Shown: piece by piece, positions 38,006 through 52,107 of the stretch
How positions within the stretch are numbered: position 1 is the first letter of the stretch
Layout of the letters: each line of letters starts with the position of its first letter
Assembly (NCBI RefSeq): GCF_006345805.1
Contig: NC_043000.1
Span: 55,986,001 to 56,050,000, forward strand
DNA from: Octopus sinensis
Lineage: Eukaryota
Direction of reading: 5' to 3'
Length of the DNA stretch: 64,000 bases
Made by a program: the position numbers and the translations under genes
The notes under the pieces: generated by a model
What the model was told of the DNA's origin: nothing
What the model saw: the letters and a program-made list of their open reading frames with translations, nothing else
Database searches by the model: none

Positions 38006-40319
38006 TATCTCCCTCTCTCCCTGTCTTTTTCTCTGTTCCTGTTCTTGTTTCTCTCCCCTTTCTTTCTCTTATGTTAATACTCTATTTGTTTCACATATAC
38101 AACTTTTACACGTACCTATGTGTAAAAAAGAGAGACAGGCAGACAAACAGAGAAAGAAAGAAAGAAAGAGCAAAAGTAAGGAAGAAAGTGACACACAAAG
38201 GGAGAAACTGGACGAATTCTGAAATAAAAGAGTGGATAAATCTGTTTTATTAATTCTTCATTTATATCGTGTTCCTTTCAGGTGAAATAAACATTGGAGA
38301 TGTTTTGCCTCAAGCAAAAACTACAGGGGCTTCTTGGAGATTATACAAGCTCTTCTAAATCCATTGCAATGCTGGAAGCCTTTCTGTATCGTCAGCCAGT
38401 ATCACGAAGTCACAAGCATTTCGTCCCTTAGCCTGTACGTTTCGCTCGAATGGGGAAGCGAGGACTGAATTAGTCTTCACCTGCCGAAGAGTTCCACTTG
38501 CGGTTTCTTATCAACTTTAGCCACCTTGAGCTTTTTTTTTTTTTTACCTACCGTACCAATTTCCTTGGTGACTTTCTCAAGTTGTTTTCGTGCCAGACAA
38601 TCTTCTGCAAGAAATATGGCACCAATCTAGCTGGAAATACTTCTCTACAAAATTTTTTAAAATTTATATCAATGTTGGTGAATGACAGTGGCATTCGTTT
38701 GGCAATCATTGATTCCCTGCATTTGCAAAGTCAAGAGTGATTAGACGATGTCCGGAACTTAATGCAAAACAAATAATTGAAGAGTTTTCGTTCGAAATGT
38801 GAAGGTTCAACGATATACAATAACAAAATATATGCCCATACATTCATATATATGTGTGTGGGTGCGCATGCATTATATGTGTGTACGTGTGTATGTGTGT
38901 GTGTGTGTGTGAAAACAATATTAGGAAACAATATCGATGATATTTCAAATATTCATTTCCCCTACTGCTGTTTCAATAATCCTTCCGCAACAATTACAAT
39001 TTTATGACTACAAATTGTAATCGCAAAATACGCAAGAATTATGTCAACAATCACATTATGGAAATTAATATGAATTATAAAATTCAAGACGGATCTTGCA
39101 TATGTTGAAGAATCAAGGGGAAAATAAGTAATAATAGAATAATAGAAAGAATAAACAAGAAACGATAAAGACAAAAATAAAAACAATGAAGAAGAAATAC
39201 AGAGATAAGGAAGGAAAAGGAAGAACTAATAAAAATAAAGTAAGAATAAGTTGATTGTTAGAACAATTAAAACCGTCAATTATAGCTTGCTGCCTCGATA
39301 ATAGTTCTGTCTATCGTTCAGATTAGCTGTGCCTGTGTGTTTAAGAATAATAAACGTTAAATTCAGTGCAACCATAATCAAGATACTGGCACAAGATTAA
39401 GAGATATTAAAAGGATATTAATATTGCACAAGTGAATACATAAAAGTATATATTCATTATCACCGCAATAAACATGTTTTCATAAAAGTGAGTTTGCAGG
39501 AAATTAACATGGAAAGTTCGTTCACACAAATGAGTTTGCCAAAAGGTGAAATTAACGATGATATTAAAACTTTGCAAACATAGATATATTGCACATATGG
39601 TTTACTTTCGTGGCATTAATTTTTGGAAATGAATACTAAATTGATGATTTAAAGATTAAACCTGCATGCTGCAAAGAGCCTGTTGTTACTTAGCGGAATA
39701 ATTAATTGAGTAATAAGTATTATACTAATATTCATGTCATTGAGGGTGGGGGTTAAGATAAAAAATTTGAATATCTGATAATTCACTTGAAAGAAAGGAA
39801 ATACTTCTTGGATGGTAGAGGAAAAAAATTAGGTCTAAAACTGCTAAACATTTTAAATGATTGATTACATTTGAAAAACTAAAACTAAAAATAAAAACAG
39901 AAACGGCTTAATTCTGATTTTGGTGTTTTCTTGTTTTCTATGAGAATATGATGATGCCAAATTTGTTGTTTTTGTCCTTGGGCTGCCTCGTGCAAGAAAA
40001 GGTGGTACTGCAGTATCGATATTAAGGTGTTCACTATCCCGAATGACTGGTAACTGGTGAATTGTAAATGACGTGGTTATTTCAAGACAACAGGCTCTAA
40101 TAAAGGAAGTTGGGAACGAGACGAAAATGTCTTTTCGGACATTATAACTAGTCAGAAAGCTGGTCTTCGGACTTCGGAAAACCACGAACCAGATTGTTGG
40201 GTTGAAGGAAACATGATTAAGTTAACAGCTGTTTGATTCAAATACCACTGTTACTGTGACAGATTACTGGAAGACAGATTGAACAACTCGTAGTTGTTAT
40301 TGTTACCAAAAATGTAGAA

Positions 40320-40483
40320 CAGTGATGGTCCACAAAGGTAGTACTGGGGGTCCGTGAGCTACATTCAAAATTTCAGACATATATATATATATATATATAC
40401 ACATAAGGATAATCATATGAAAAGGGGTCCGTGGGAATACTCATTTCAATAAAAGGGCTGGGAACCACTGTTGGAAACCACTG
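40320..40483. mobile_element. Short hAT-type MITE with 8-bp TSD
   Basis: CAGTG...CACTG ends; TSD ATGTAGAA (40312-19) / CTGTAGAA (40484-91); right end duplicated. Confidence 0.55.
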
Positions 40484-40510
40484 CTGTAGAACAATCTAAA
40501 AATATCGATT

Positions 40511-40683
40511 TCAAATTTTGGCACAGGGCCAACGATTTTGTGGGAGAGGGTAAAACGATTACATCGACCCCAATGTTCAACTGGTACTTATTTTATCGTT
40601 CCCGAAAGGATGAAAGGCAAAGTCAACTTCGGCGGAATTTGAATTTGCCCGGCGTGGTAACTATTCTGCCAGCTTGCCGCCTT
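40511..40683 (-). mobile_element. SINE S2
   Basis: CCCGAAAGGATGAAAGGCAAAGTCAAC..GGCGGAATTTGAA..CTGCCAGCTTGCCGCCTTA. Confidence 0.85.
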
Positions 40684-43582
40684 ACAACAGTGTGAAAATA
40701 TTACTGAACTATCAAGAAACCTGTTACCTAATAACGTAAAAAACCTGTTTGTGAACATGTGATGCACTGTTCTGCCAGAAACAAAATTCTGCGCAATTAG
40801 TAAAAATGCTTGTTTAATTAGAAAATTGTCTGTTTCATCAAACAAACTTCTCTAATGAGAAATATAGCTGTTAGATCGAAAGTTGAGAATTAAGAATTGT
40901 AGACTGATTCTTAGATGTTCACTAAGAAATATGGCCATTTATTCGACTTATATCACCATAGCACAGTTGAAGACATTTGCCATTTGTGTGAACGAACTTT
41001 CCATGTTAATTTCCTGCAAACTCACTTTTATGAAGCTACTGCTGGAATGTGAAGACACATTTAGAGATAACAAAACAAAAATTAAATATACAAGCAGAAG
41101 CACCAGTCCCTGACAGTTCTCTGCAAGTCAATATAATAAGGGTAGACATTAAATACATACATGTATGCATATGTGTGTGTGCGTGTGTGTGTGTGTGTGT
41201 ACGTGCGCGTGCGTGTGTGTATGTGTATGTGTATGTGTGTGTGTGTGTGCGTGTGTGTGTATGTGTGTGTGTGTGAGTGTGTAAAAATAAGTGCAAATTT
41301 TCCAGTGCGTCAATTCCTAATTAAAGACGGCGGAGCATTAGTCGTGAAAGCTTTCACTCCTTTTTCCAGCAAGTTGTGTGACCATGCGTCAACTCCCCGT
41401 TGAATGAAAGTGTCAATGAACGAATGCCTCTTATTTTCCGTCTTCCTTTTTCTGTCTTACACTTTCGTATCTTTAAAGTAAGCGGCTGAACCAACACACA
41501 TACATTTCAGTGTAGTGCTCGTCTCTAGAGATGACACAGGATGATTTTCGACTGCATATATGCATATCGTTGCATAATCGTCGTTAATAGTTACTATTAT
41601 CTTTTCTTTTCATTTTTTTATGCAAGCAAGAACCAAACCTCTTCCAGTGTTATTAGTAAAACAAATTTGATATTGGATATTACGATAGCAGCGAGCAGCA
41701 GGCAAAATCGTAAGCACGCCAGGCAAAGATTCTTAAACGTGCTTTGTCCGTTTTTTTGCGTTCTGTACAAAATTCAGTACAAAGGCAGTGTATGAATATA
41801 TGGAGTTATATGGTACAAATACTCACAACAGAGTGGACGCTTAGAAATTCTTTCAAGGACCAGGTTGCATTTAAACAGAGTAACGGGTTAGATTTATACC
41901 CACAAGGAATCCAAAACGTTGGTAACCACTGTTATTGTTGTTGTTTGTCCTCAGGACAATCCTGATAAACACGATTAATAATCAAACGCATTCCAACCGT
42001 GATCATCTCGTCTTTTTTGAAAATTAAAGATAACCTTATTCATTGTGTCCTAATTTGGTTTCAAAGTTTGGTTACATAATCAGCAATCTCACATCAAACC
42101 GGTTCATACAGCTGTAACTTATAAATGCATAAGTGATAGCTCTCAAAATGAAATATTTTGGCCATTGTGTATACTCTGTTAATCCCTCCAGGCTTGTCAC
42201 AAATTACCAATTGCGTATTCGAAATCCTTCAGAGAGAATGCGTAACGATTTATATAATTTTGTCTTTAGTCTTTTTCAATTTTTTCATTTATTTTCGAAG
42301 AAGAAAAAAATGAAAATAAAAACAAATGAAGTTAAACTGGAAATTGAATTACAAAATAATTTCCCTGTACTGCAACACCTCATTACCATCGGCTAATTGC
42401 ACAAATGACAAATACCGCCTTAACAAACAAAATCCAACGATGCTACTGTTAATAATTGCTTCTAACATAGGCACAAGGCCTGACATTTCGAGGGTGGGCG
42501 ATGGGTGGGTATGGGGGTGTGGGGGTTGTTTATTCAGCTAAGTCAACCCCAGTACATGACGGGTACTTTATTTCATCGACTCCGGAAAGTTGAAAGGTAA
42601 AACTGATTTCAGCTGTATATGAACTCAAAAACGTTCCGTGGAAGTAGCTGAATGACACAAATTTCTTTTTTCTTTTATTTGCTTGCTCAAACGATCCTTC
42701 CAGTTCATTGCTCTTTCCTAAAGATGGTACTGATGATGATGATGATGATGACAAAGGTGGTGGTGGCGAAAGTGATGTTGCTGTTGACGAAAACAAAACG
42801 TTAAGTACTCACAGTTAAAAAGCTCAAACTTGAGAAATTCCTGCAATTTTTGCCTGCAACTATAAGCTATTAAACAATTAATGACAGTTAGGGTTAAAGG
42901 AAGAAAAAAAATGTGAAAGTGAATGCGAAACAGGATGAGAAAAATACAATTACAAGAATAAAGGTTTTCTTTTTTTTTTCCTTTTTCTTTTTCCTTCTTT
43001 CTATCCTCCAGTAAAACTGTTTAACTCTTTCAAAGCTAAAATCAAGGAAAAATAAAATGGAAAAACAAAATCAAAAACAAAAACAAAAATTGAACATATG
43101 CTTGTATGTGTAATAGGATGTGTGCCGATGAGTGTTTGTGCGATTATTTTTATATGTGTGAGCACTTGTATATATATATATATATATATATGTGCATGTA
43201 TTTATGTATGCAAAAATGTATGTGCAACGTTTATGTGTACGATTACGCTTGAGCGTGTTTATGCACCTGTATAGATGAGAGTGTAAAAATGTTATATGCG
43301 CGCGTAAATGTGGGCATGTGCGCGTGTGTGTTTGTGTGAGAATGTGCCTCCCCGTGTGAGAATGTGTAAGAATATCGTGTATATATGTGTATGTGTGTGT
43401 GTGTAAACTTGTGTGAAAGTACGCATGTGTGAGTGTGAGTAAGTGATTCTGTCTATCTGTGAGTGTAAGAATACACGCTTGTTCAAAAACCTGCATTTGT
43501 TTGCGTATATAAACCTTACTGGACATCTATGTATGAAGTATGTAAAGATTCTAGTGTTTGCCTAAGAATCTCTCTTTCTCTC

Positions 43583-43712
43583 TGTGTGTCTCCGTCTCTC
43601 CCTGTGTCTCCGTCTCTCCCTGTGTCTCCGTCTCTCCCTGTGTCTCCGTCTCTCCCTGTGTCTCCGTCTCTCTCCTTCTCTCTGTATCTCCGTCTCTCTC
43701 TGTGTCTCCGTT
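43583..43712. repeat. 18-bp minisatellite (TGTGTCTCCGTCTCTCCC)n
   Basis: Direct reading, about 5 perfect plus degenerate units. Confidence 0.9.
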
Positions 43713-44391
43713 TCTCTCTCACTTTTACTTTCACTTTCTCTGTATGATTGAGCACTTAGACATCCATCCATATGAGTGAACGAATGGACGTATGTGTATG
43801 AATATATTCGCGGATATTGAATTCCAATTAGTTACATAAAAGAACGAAAAGAAACTTTCTTTCGTTCTTGTGCTCGCAATAAAAGAATTAATGAGACTGC
43901 GATGTGAACGTTCCTTTCTTGATTCCACATTGCTAATTCCGAGATAGTGATAAAAAAAAAAATAGCCACAGCACTCGACTGATTTTTTATTATTTATCTA
44001 CTCTGAAGGGATGGAGGCTAAATTTGGCCTTGGCATGATTTGAACTTAGCAAACCAGAACAAATACAGCATGGAATAATTGTGCTACAATACAAACTTTG
44101 ACTTTGAGGTTAGAATAGTAAGGGCGATCCCCATAATCCTTGCAGTTTCTTACAGACTTGTGAGATTGATGTGGCCGAGGAGTTTCTTGAGGTTAATATC
44201 TGCAGGAAGAAGGAGAGGACGAAAAAGGAAATCGAGGGCCCACTCCGAATATTTACATCTGAGCGAAGTCCATTAGACTCATCCAAGGTCCAGGACTTTG
44301 TCGTTGTTACTTAACTCCAGGTCAACTGTCACTAAGCAGACATACGATCAAAGACGTTCCAGTTATGATCATCCTCTCTTTTGCATATCAC

Positions 44392-44471
44392 GAATAACCT
44401 TATGCATGGATAATCTTATGCAGGAATAACCTTAACCATGGATAAACTCATGCAAGGATAACCTTATGCAG
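44392..44471. repeat. ~16-bp degenerate minisatellite (GGATAACCTTATGCA) x5
   Basis: Direct reading. Confidence 0.8.
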
Positions 44472-45106
44472 TGTATCGTTCTATATTTAAGACGAAAGAA
44501 TGGTATGAGAGAAATATATTTGTTGTATTTTTAGGTGTTTTATCTTGACACCAACACAAGTTAAACCCATAATCAAATGCGTTCCAGCCATGACTATTCC
44601 GTTTTTCTTATATGCAGAGAATTCGGTTCTCAATTTTCTGGCGTCTCTTTTTTTAAGAAAAAAAGACAGTAAGACTTATTTCGAAAGAGATTTTGTTGCT
44701 ATTTCTAAAAGGATACGCGACCATATAACGCCCTCTCATTAAACCAAAGCCATGTGACAAGCCCAGCACATTGACACAAATTAACGAAATTCCCTGAATA
44801 AATAACGCAGAATCACAGCATGAGCCGTGAGCTGGTGTGGTTGAAACGCCTCATTCTTTTTAGATATTGTTTAATTCTTTTTCCTCTGTGTTTTTTCCTT
44901 TGTTTTTTTTTTTCGAAAGCTCAAAATAAAATAAACAGCAAAAGAATGAAAACCGGATCCAGTTGAAATGGAATCAGTTCCAAGTTGATTGGTAGACGCA
45001 ATAAAGATTTCTGCGAAGACTAACATTTGTCATTAAATGACGAAAGAAACCTGAAATTTCTCTTGAGATTTAATTACTACTCTTTAATATCACGCACACC
45101 ACCACT

Positions 45107-45108
<2 letters not shown>

Positions 45109-45167
<59 letters not shown>

Positions 45168-45243
45168 CCATCATCATTTACAACATTAACATTATCGTTG
45201 TAATCTTAAACAGCATTCGTATTTATTATTATTATTATTATTA

Positions 45244-45274
<31 letters not shown>

Positions 45275-45276
45275 CA

Positions 45277-45335
<59 letters not shown>
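45109..45335. repeat. (CAT)n and (TAT)n microsatellites
   Basis: Direct reading. Confidence 0.95.
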
Positions 45336-45337
<2 letters not shown>

Positions 45338-45790
45338 GGCAATGAACTAGCAGAATCGATAGCATGCCGAGCAAAATACGTAGCAGTATTTCGTCCGCCT
45401 TTATATTCTGAGTCAAAATCCCACTGAGGATGACTTTGTCTTTCATTCCTTCGGGGTCGATAAAATAAGTACCAGTTGTGAACTGGGATCGATGTAATCG
45501 ACTTACCTTCTCCTTCGAAATTTAAGGTCTTTTGCCTATAGTAGAAAGAATTTTTTTTTTTTATTTTAAGGCGGCGAGCTGGTAGAATCGTTAACACGCC
45601 GAGCAAAATGCTTGTCGTCCATCTTAACGTTCTAAGATCGATTTTGCCTCTCATCCTTTTCGAGGTCGATTTTGCCTCTCAGCCTTTCAGGGTCAATAAA
45701 TTAAGTATCAGTTCTGCACTGGGGTCGATCTAATAGGCTTCATCCCTACGCCCACACCAAAATTTCCGGCCATGTGCCAAAATTTGAAAC
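45336..45790 (+). mobile_element. Two adjacent SINE S2 copies
   Basis: Heads at 45336 and 45568; both contain CCTTCGGGGTC/CCTTTCGAGGTC core. Confidence 0.85.
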
Positions 45791-47072
45791 CGTTATTATC
45801 ATAGTCGTCATCATCCTCATCTTCCTCACCTCCGTCCTCATTATCATCATTAACACAAATATGACCACCACCTCCTCTACAATTTTGTCGTCGTTGTAGT
45901 CGATGTCATCATTACTGTACTTCTTGTAGCATTACACATAATATTAGCATCAATCACGCTGATGATGTAGGTGTTGGTGGTGCTAGTGGTGGTGGTGGTG
46001 ATGGTGGTGATGGTGGTGGTGGTGGTGGTGGTGGTTTCCAACAGCCTTTCATATCTATCTGAATTGAGCCTAAGGCCCTATTCATCACTTGTTAAATACA
46101 TTACTATGTCGCGTTGTTACAGATAGTGTATATGACTGTGTTCCTACTTTAAGATCAGTATTCAGTTATTTTAAGAAATAACTGAGAAGATTGTCAGTCC
46201 GCCTCTTGTTCCCGGCGGACAAAACGTAAATGACGTTACCTCCAAAGGACAGTAAGGTAGACGCAAGAACACCGAAGGTTTCCACTCGGATAGTCTATTT
46301 TACTACATACTGTATAACTTCTAACTTCAAGATGCATGTGTTTTGAAAGGAAAATGTGTTATAAATATGGTGTCATTTTACGAATACTGCGCCAGCTCTC
46401 ATTTCGTATGATCTTTGCGATCACCTCAGAACGCTTATTGACAAGCCAAAATCAATGCGGACCGGAAATTCAATAACAGCTGAATTACGTGAGAATGCAA
46501 CCAAAGACTGGAAAACGACGATAACGCAGATTTAATTCACTTTGAAAATGTTCACTCTGTGCTAATTAATATGCAAAATCGAGATGATTCAGAGCTCGAA
46601 AATCTTGTGCCTCTGCGATTTTGATGTTCGATTCAGCCATGTGCAAATTTCAGTGATTTCCGATAAAACAGTCCACCTGTAAAGTGGCCTGTAAAGATTA
46701 GCAGGCGAGATGGACACGAAGCGTGGTGGTAAGACATCGTTTGTTGGGAGCATTTGTCGTAAAATATGCTTAAAAGCTACATCTGCTGTAGTAAGAAAAT
46801 TGTTTCCTGTTTATTGTCACTTAGTGATCGAGTCCATCAACTCGTCAAAGATATCATTAGATATAACGTCATTCAAAAGACTTAATTCTCTTTTGAAAGA
46901 GAGATATGTTTGTGGTGGTAAACCGTGTCTATTATGAACAACTCCACCGCATAATCTTAGCTTTTCTAGGGGCAGTCATCGAAGCTGCCCACAGCCACTA
47001 CACGACCAATTTGTAAGTCCTCAAACATATATACACATATATATTTTGCGATATAAAAACATATTACATACA

Positions 47073-47473
47073 CGCAGGCGTTGCTGTGTAGGTAACAAAC
47101 TTGCTTCCAAACCACATGGTCATTAGTTCAACCCCATTATGCAATACTTTGGGCAAGTGTTTTCTTTTTAAACCCGGGCCGACTGAAGCTTCGTGGGTGG
47201 CTTTTGGTAAACAAAAGCCCAAAAGAATACAATTCTAAGTGTGTGTGTCATTGAGTTTGCTTTTGTCTTTGTCCTCGACACCGCTTGACAACTGGTGTGG
47301 GTCTGCTTACATCACTACAGCCTAGCGGTTCTGTAAAATAGTCCGACAGAATAAGTACCAAACTTTTAAAAATAAGTACTGAGGTTGATTTGTTCGATTA
47401 AATACTTCAAGGTGGTGACCCAACGCCGACGCAGTTCAATAACTGGAACAAGTCAAAGAAGATAAAAGAAAAG
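47073..47473 (+). mobile_element. Old SINE S1 copy
   Basis: Degenerate match along the whole S1 consensus. Confidence 0.75.
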
Positions 47474-47507
47474 ACACACAGCAAAATGGTAATATTTAGG
47501 CGTTTCT

Positions 47508-47908
47508 AAGGCGGCGAGCTGGCAGAAACGTTAGCACGCCGGGCGAAATGCGTAGCCGTATTTCGTCTGTCGTTACATTCCAAGTTCAAATTCCACCGAG
47601 GTCGACCTTGCCTTTCATCCTTTCGGGGTCGATAAATTAAGTACCAGTTACGCGCTGGGGTCGATGTAATCGACTTAATCCGTTTGTCTGTCCTTGTTTG
47701 TTCCCTCTATGTTTAGCCCCTTGTGGGTAGTAAAGAAATAGGTATTTCGTCTGTCTTTATGTTCTGAGTTCAAATTCCGCCGAGGTCGACTTTTCCTTCC
47801 ATACTTTCGAGGTCAATAAATTAAGTTCCAGTTGCGTACTGGGGTCAATCCAATCGACTGGACCCCTCCCTCAAAATTTCTGACCTTGAGCCTAGAGCAG
47901 AAAAGAAT
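47508..47908 (+). mobile_element. SINE S2 dimer (full copy plus 5'-truncated copy with different tail)
   Basis: Second unit starts GTATTTCGTCTG at about 47742. Confidence 0.9.
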
Positions 47909-48160
47909 ATGTATGTTTCAATGGATGCTATATGTTGAAGTACAATAGAACATAGATGTAGCCGAAACATGTGATCCCGAGTCCACTCTCACCATGCGAA
48001 TCTTGGGGTGTCACACCACTCAATAAATACATGGCTCCCATAATTTTTGCACGTGTACTTCAAAAGATTGGGTTTGTTACGTATTGATAAGACCTGAGAT
48101 TTGTAAATATACAAGTATCTGTAGAATACACTCAGTCGCTTTAACATTTATGTAATGAGT

Positions 48161-48378
48161 AAAGCGTCAAGCAGGCAGAATTGTTAGCACGTCGGACAAA
48201 ATACTTAGTGGCATTTCTTCCGGCTCTTTACGTTCTGAGTTCAAATTCCGCTGGGGTCGACTTTGCCTTTCATCCTTTCGAATGCGATAAAATAAAATAC
48301 CAGTCAAGTACTGTGGTCCATATAATTAACTTACCCCATCCACCAAAACTGCTGACCTCAAACCAAAATTTGAGACCG
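48161..48378 (+). mobile_element. SINE S2
   Basis: GCAGGCAGAATTGTTAGCACG...GAGTTCAAATTCCGC...CTTTGCCTTTCATCCTTTCG. Confidence 0.85.
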
Positions 48379-48481
48379 ATATTTATATATCTTTATAAAT
48401 AGTTCATTTGATCAAACAACAGAATGCTCATCGTTTAAACCGACGGAGGATCCATTGCATTGCATAATCGATTATATAATA

Positions 48482-48872
48482 TTCTTTTACTCTTTTACTT
48501 GTTTCAGTCATTTGACAGCGGCCATGCTGAAGCACCGCCTTTAGTCGAGCAAATCAACTCCAGGACTTATTCTTTGCAAGCCTAGTACTTATTCTATCGG
48601 TCTCTTTTGCCGAACCGCTAAGTTACGGGGGCGTAAAGACACCAGCAGCGGTTGTCCAGCGATGTTGGGGGGAAAAACACAGACACACAAACACACATAC
48701 ACACATATATACGACGGGCTTCTTTCAGTTTCCGTCTACCAAATCCACTCACAAGGCTTTGGTCAGCCTGAGGCTATAGAAGACACTTACCCAAGGTGCC
48801 ACGCAGTGGGACTGAACCCGGAATCATGTGGTTGGCCAGCTAGCTACTTACCACACAGCTACTCCTGCGCCT
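48482..48872 (-). mobile_element. tRNA-derived SINE S1, full length
   Basis: High identity to other S1 copies. Confidence 0.93.
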
Positions 48873-49394
48873 AATATAATAGAATACTATATAAAATATT
48901 ACACGTAAAACATCCATTTGCTGCATACATATCTACTGATTACAAGTAATAATACCATATATGGCTTACCAGCACACAAACACACACACACACACACACA
49001 GAAATGCATATGTATGTGTATATGTAAGTGCGCGAATGAATGTGTTTTGTGTGTGTGTATGGAAGTGTACATATGCACACAAGCAACTATGCATATGGTT
49101 CAATACCATGGGAGGCAGTTCTCATTATGAACTAGAAACGATTATTAACTTGAGAACAGACAATTTTAGAGAGAATAAGCGGAATGAGAGGCAGAAGAAT
49201 GAAGTAGTACGTATCTAGACTAAAGCTATAGTGACCGTATCTAAGATGAGGAGGAGGAGGGGGTAAGGGAGGAGGGGAGGGAAGTGGAGGGGGAGGAGGA
49301 GGAGGAACGATGATGATGACGATGGCGTATATGCTAATGAGTGTCCTAGTATTGCCGGTTGTCATGATATTGGTTGCGGTAATATTCGTGTCGT

Positions 49395-49519
49395 GAAGAA
49401 GAAGAAGAAGAAGAAGAAGAAGAAGAAGAAGAAGGAGAAGAAGAAGAGAAGAAGAAGAAGAAGAAGAAGAAGAAGAAGAAGAAGAAGAAGAAGAAGAAGA
49501 AGAAGAGAAGAAGAAGAAA
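49395..49519. repeat. (GAA)n microsatellite
   Basis: Direct reading. Confidence 0.97.
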
Positions 49520-50107
49520 TCTTATCCTCATACCTCTTTTTCTACAGGAAACCCCACCTCACCTCCTCCCTGTTGAAAATTCTTTAATGTATGAGCTGCT
49601 GAAATACAACCTATTTTCTTGGTTTTAATTAGACAGCTTCATCAAAATTCTAGTAGCTCACACCACACCTAAAATATCTACTTAAATTTGGAATAAAAGT
49701 TTACCTGACAGTTTGGGCGTCAGTATAGCGAAAATTAGTAATTCCTCTATCAATTTTCGGATGCTGTTGTAGTTAATCTAAAAACTGTTCTAATTGCTTG
49801 GGCGTCATTAATTTGTTCCTTGTTAATGACTTAACGATATCATTTAAATGTGATACATCGCTTGAAGATTGCCAGGTTTAACCTCTTAATGTCAAATTAT
49901 TTCTGCTTTCACAGAAAGTTCTATTTCAGTTGATTACATCTTTCGAAGAGGTTGCTATTTACCCCGCTACACTCACTTGCTAAATACATGCTTTCCAGGT
50001 CCATTACGGCAATGCTACTATCAAAGCATTCATCTGTTAAGTTCTCCAAGTATTGCATCTCTATTTTACCCCTGTCTTGTCTCTATGCTTCTTTATATAC
50101 TGCATGA

Positions 50108-50138
<31 letters not shown>

Positions 50139-50210
50139 TATATGCATATATATGTATATGCATATACGTATATGCATATATATGTATATGAATATATATG
50201 TGTGTGTATG

Positions 50211-50271
<61 letters not shown>

Positions 50272-50448
50272 TATTATACTCTTTCTCGGTTAATACTTCA
50301 CTTCCTGGGAAAATCTCTAACATTTTAAAATACTGAATTATACATAGTCAAACGCCTTGGCAGGAACTGCTCATACACAAACAACATACATACATACACA
50401 TTTGCTTTTACACAGATGCATATGCTAATACGTATGAATGCTTGAAAC

Positions 50449-50509
<61 letters not shown>

Positions 50510-50946
50510 TGCGTATATATTCATAAGCTTACACAAAAATACTCCCGCTTTCTCTTTTTCTCCCTCAGTTGTTCTCTCGTTTTCTTTCTTTTTTCTTTCT
50601 TATTCTCTCTCACCTACCCACCCCCTCCATTTCTCTCTCTTCCTCTCTCTATCACTTACTTTCCTTCACACTCAGAAACACACACATAATCACATAACCA
50701 CATAAAGCATTCATTGCACTCTTTCCACACAGACAGAAATGATGCACACACACACACACATATATATATACATATACATACCCCTAAACATACACATACA
50801 CACATACATGCACGTACATATATAGATTTGCGCATAAACCTTCATCTTTTTCTCTTATACTCTCTCCCTCTCTCTTTTTCTTTCGTTCTTCCCTTTCATT
50901 CTTCTCTTAGTTGGTATTGACATTATGACTTCGTATCAATATACAA

Positions 50947-51166
50947 ATTTCTTTACTACCCACAAGGGGCTAAACACAGAGAGAACAAACAAGGACAGAC
51001 AAACGGATTAAGTCGATTATATCGACCCCAGTGCGTAACTGGTACTCATTTAATCGTCCCCGAAAGGATGAAAGGCAAAGTCGACCTCGACGGAATTTGA
51101 ACTCAGAACGTAACGACAGACGAAATACGGCTACGCAATTTGCCCGGCGTGCTAACGTTTCTGCCA
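50947..51166 (-). mobile_element. SINE S2
   Basis: Near-identical to 47508-47742 and 56334-56567. Confidence 0.92.
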
Positions 51167-52107
51167 ACGGAACTTTCGGAAGTTAAGAAATATATATACA
51201 ATTTACATCTAAACTCTCTAATATTCTGTGAAAAAGGTATTCAGAAAGCTTCTATAGCTACTTAGCTTACTTAATGTAACAATCAGATTTCCTTCTTTAG
51301 CAATACAATCCCTGCGTACCATCTCTTAAAAGAAGGAATTAAGTGCCTTTAAGGCTTAATTCTTAAGTCAGTATTTCTCACAAGAATAACTGATGGAAGC
51401 GCGATTGCCAGAATTTATGAAAATTCAAACGTTGCCAACGTGATACGTGTCTTATCTGCAAATCCAAATCTTTAGAACAAAGAATTGCCACAAACCATTT
51501 AATAACGATCACCGTATCACATGACTCTTCAAGCTATGCTGATTGGCAGAATATGAACAAAAAGAAGAATTATCTATAGTAATAATATGTTATATCATTA
51601 TGAGGGAACCAGCATAAAAGCCTTGACATAGTCATTGGAATCTGTTAGAAACAGTTGGCGGATATCCCTTCCCATATCATACACAACCATCTTCAAAAGA
51701 AAGAAAAAGAGTAACAATTTCGGAAAAGCAGTCTTAGATGCACTATATGTAAATATAAGGTAAGACGGTAAGATGTAATTTGAGGAAGGATATTTGACTG
51801 CTGTTTCAAACAGATCCAATAGACTATGTTGCAGTCTCCTTAATAACTCCTCCAAATTGAATTGTCACGTTAATGTTGTTGTTATTGTTGTTTTGTTGTT
51901 GTTAAGCAACAAGACGGACAAGGGTCATTAGGTGATGGTCTAGGGCTTAGGGGCGGGAGACTCCAGACCTTGGAAAAAAAAATTTGGTCGCCTTATTGTA
52001 GTTGTGGGCTCTTCGTTGACGCCCGACACCACTGGGAGGTGGCCCTCGAAGTCGCTGGAAATGGAGATCTCCAGGTCCAAATTCTTGGACGGCGTTGTTG
52101 TTGTGTG

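Noticed and set aside
38272-38360. Splice-acceptor-like TTCCTTTCAG followed by GEINIGDVL
   Set aside because: Frame stops after about 25 codons and no donor site was identified.
45030-45080. ATGACGA-AAGA..TCTT-GAGA resembling the family C hammerhead
   Set aside because: C3 and GAAA both altered; no stem III or stem I.
47922-47976. GGAT..stem..CGAAACATGTG-ATCC hammerhead-like half
   Set aside because: CUGANGA core is absent and the cleavage base would be G.
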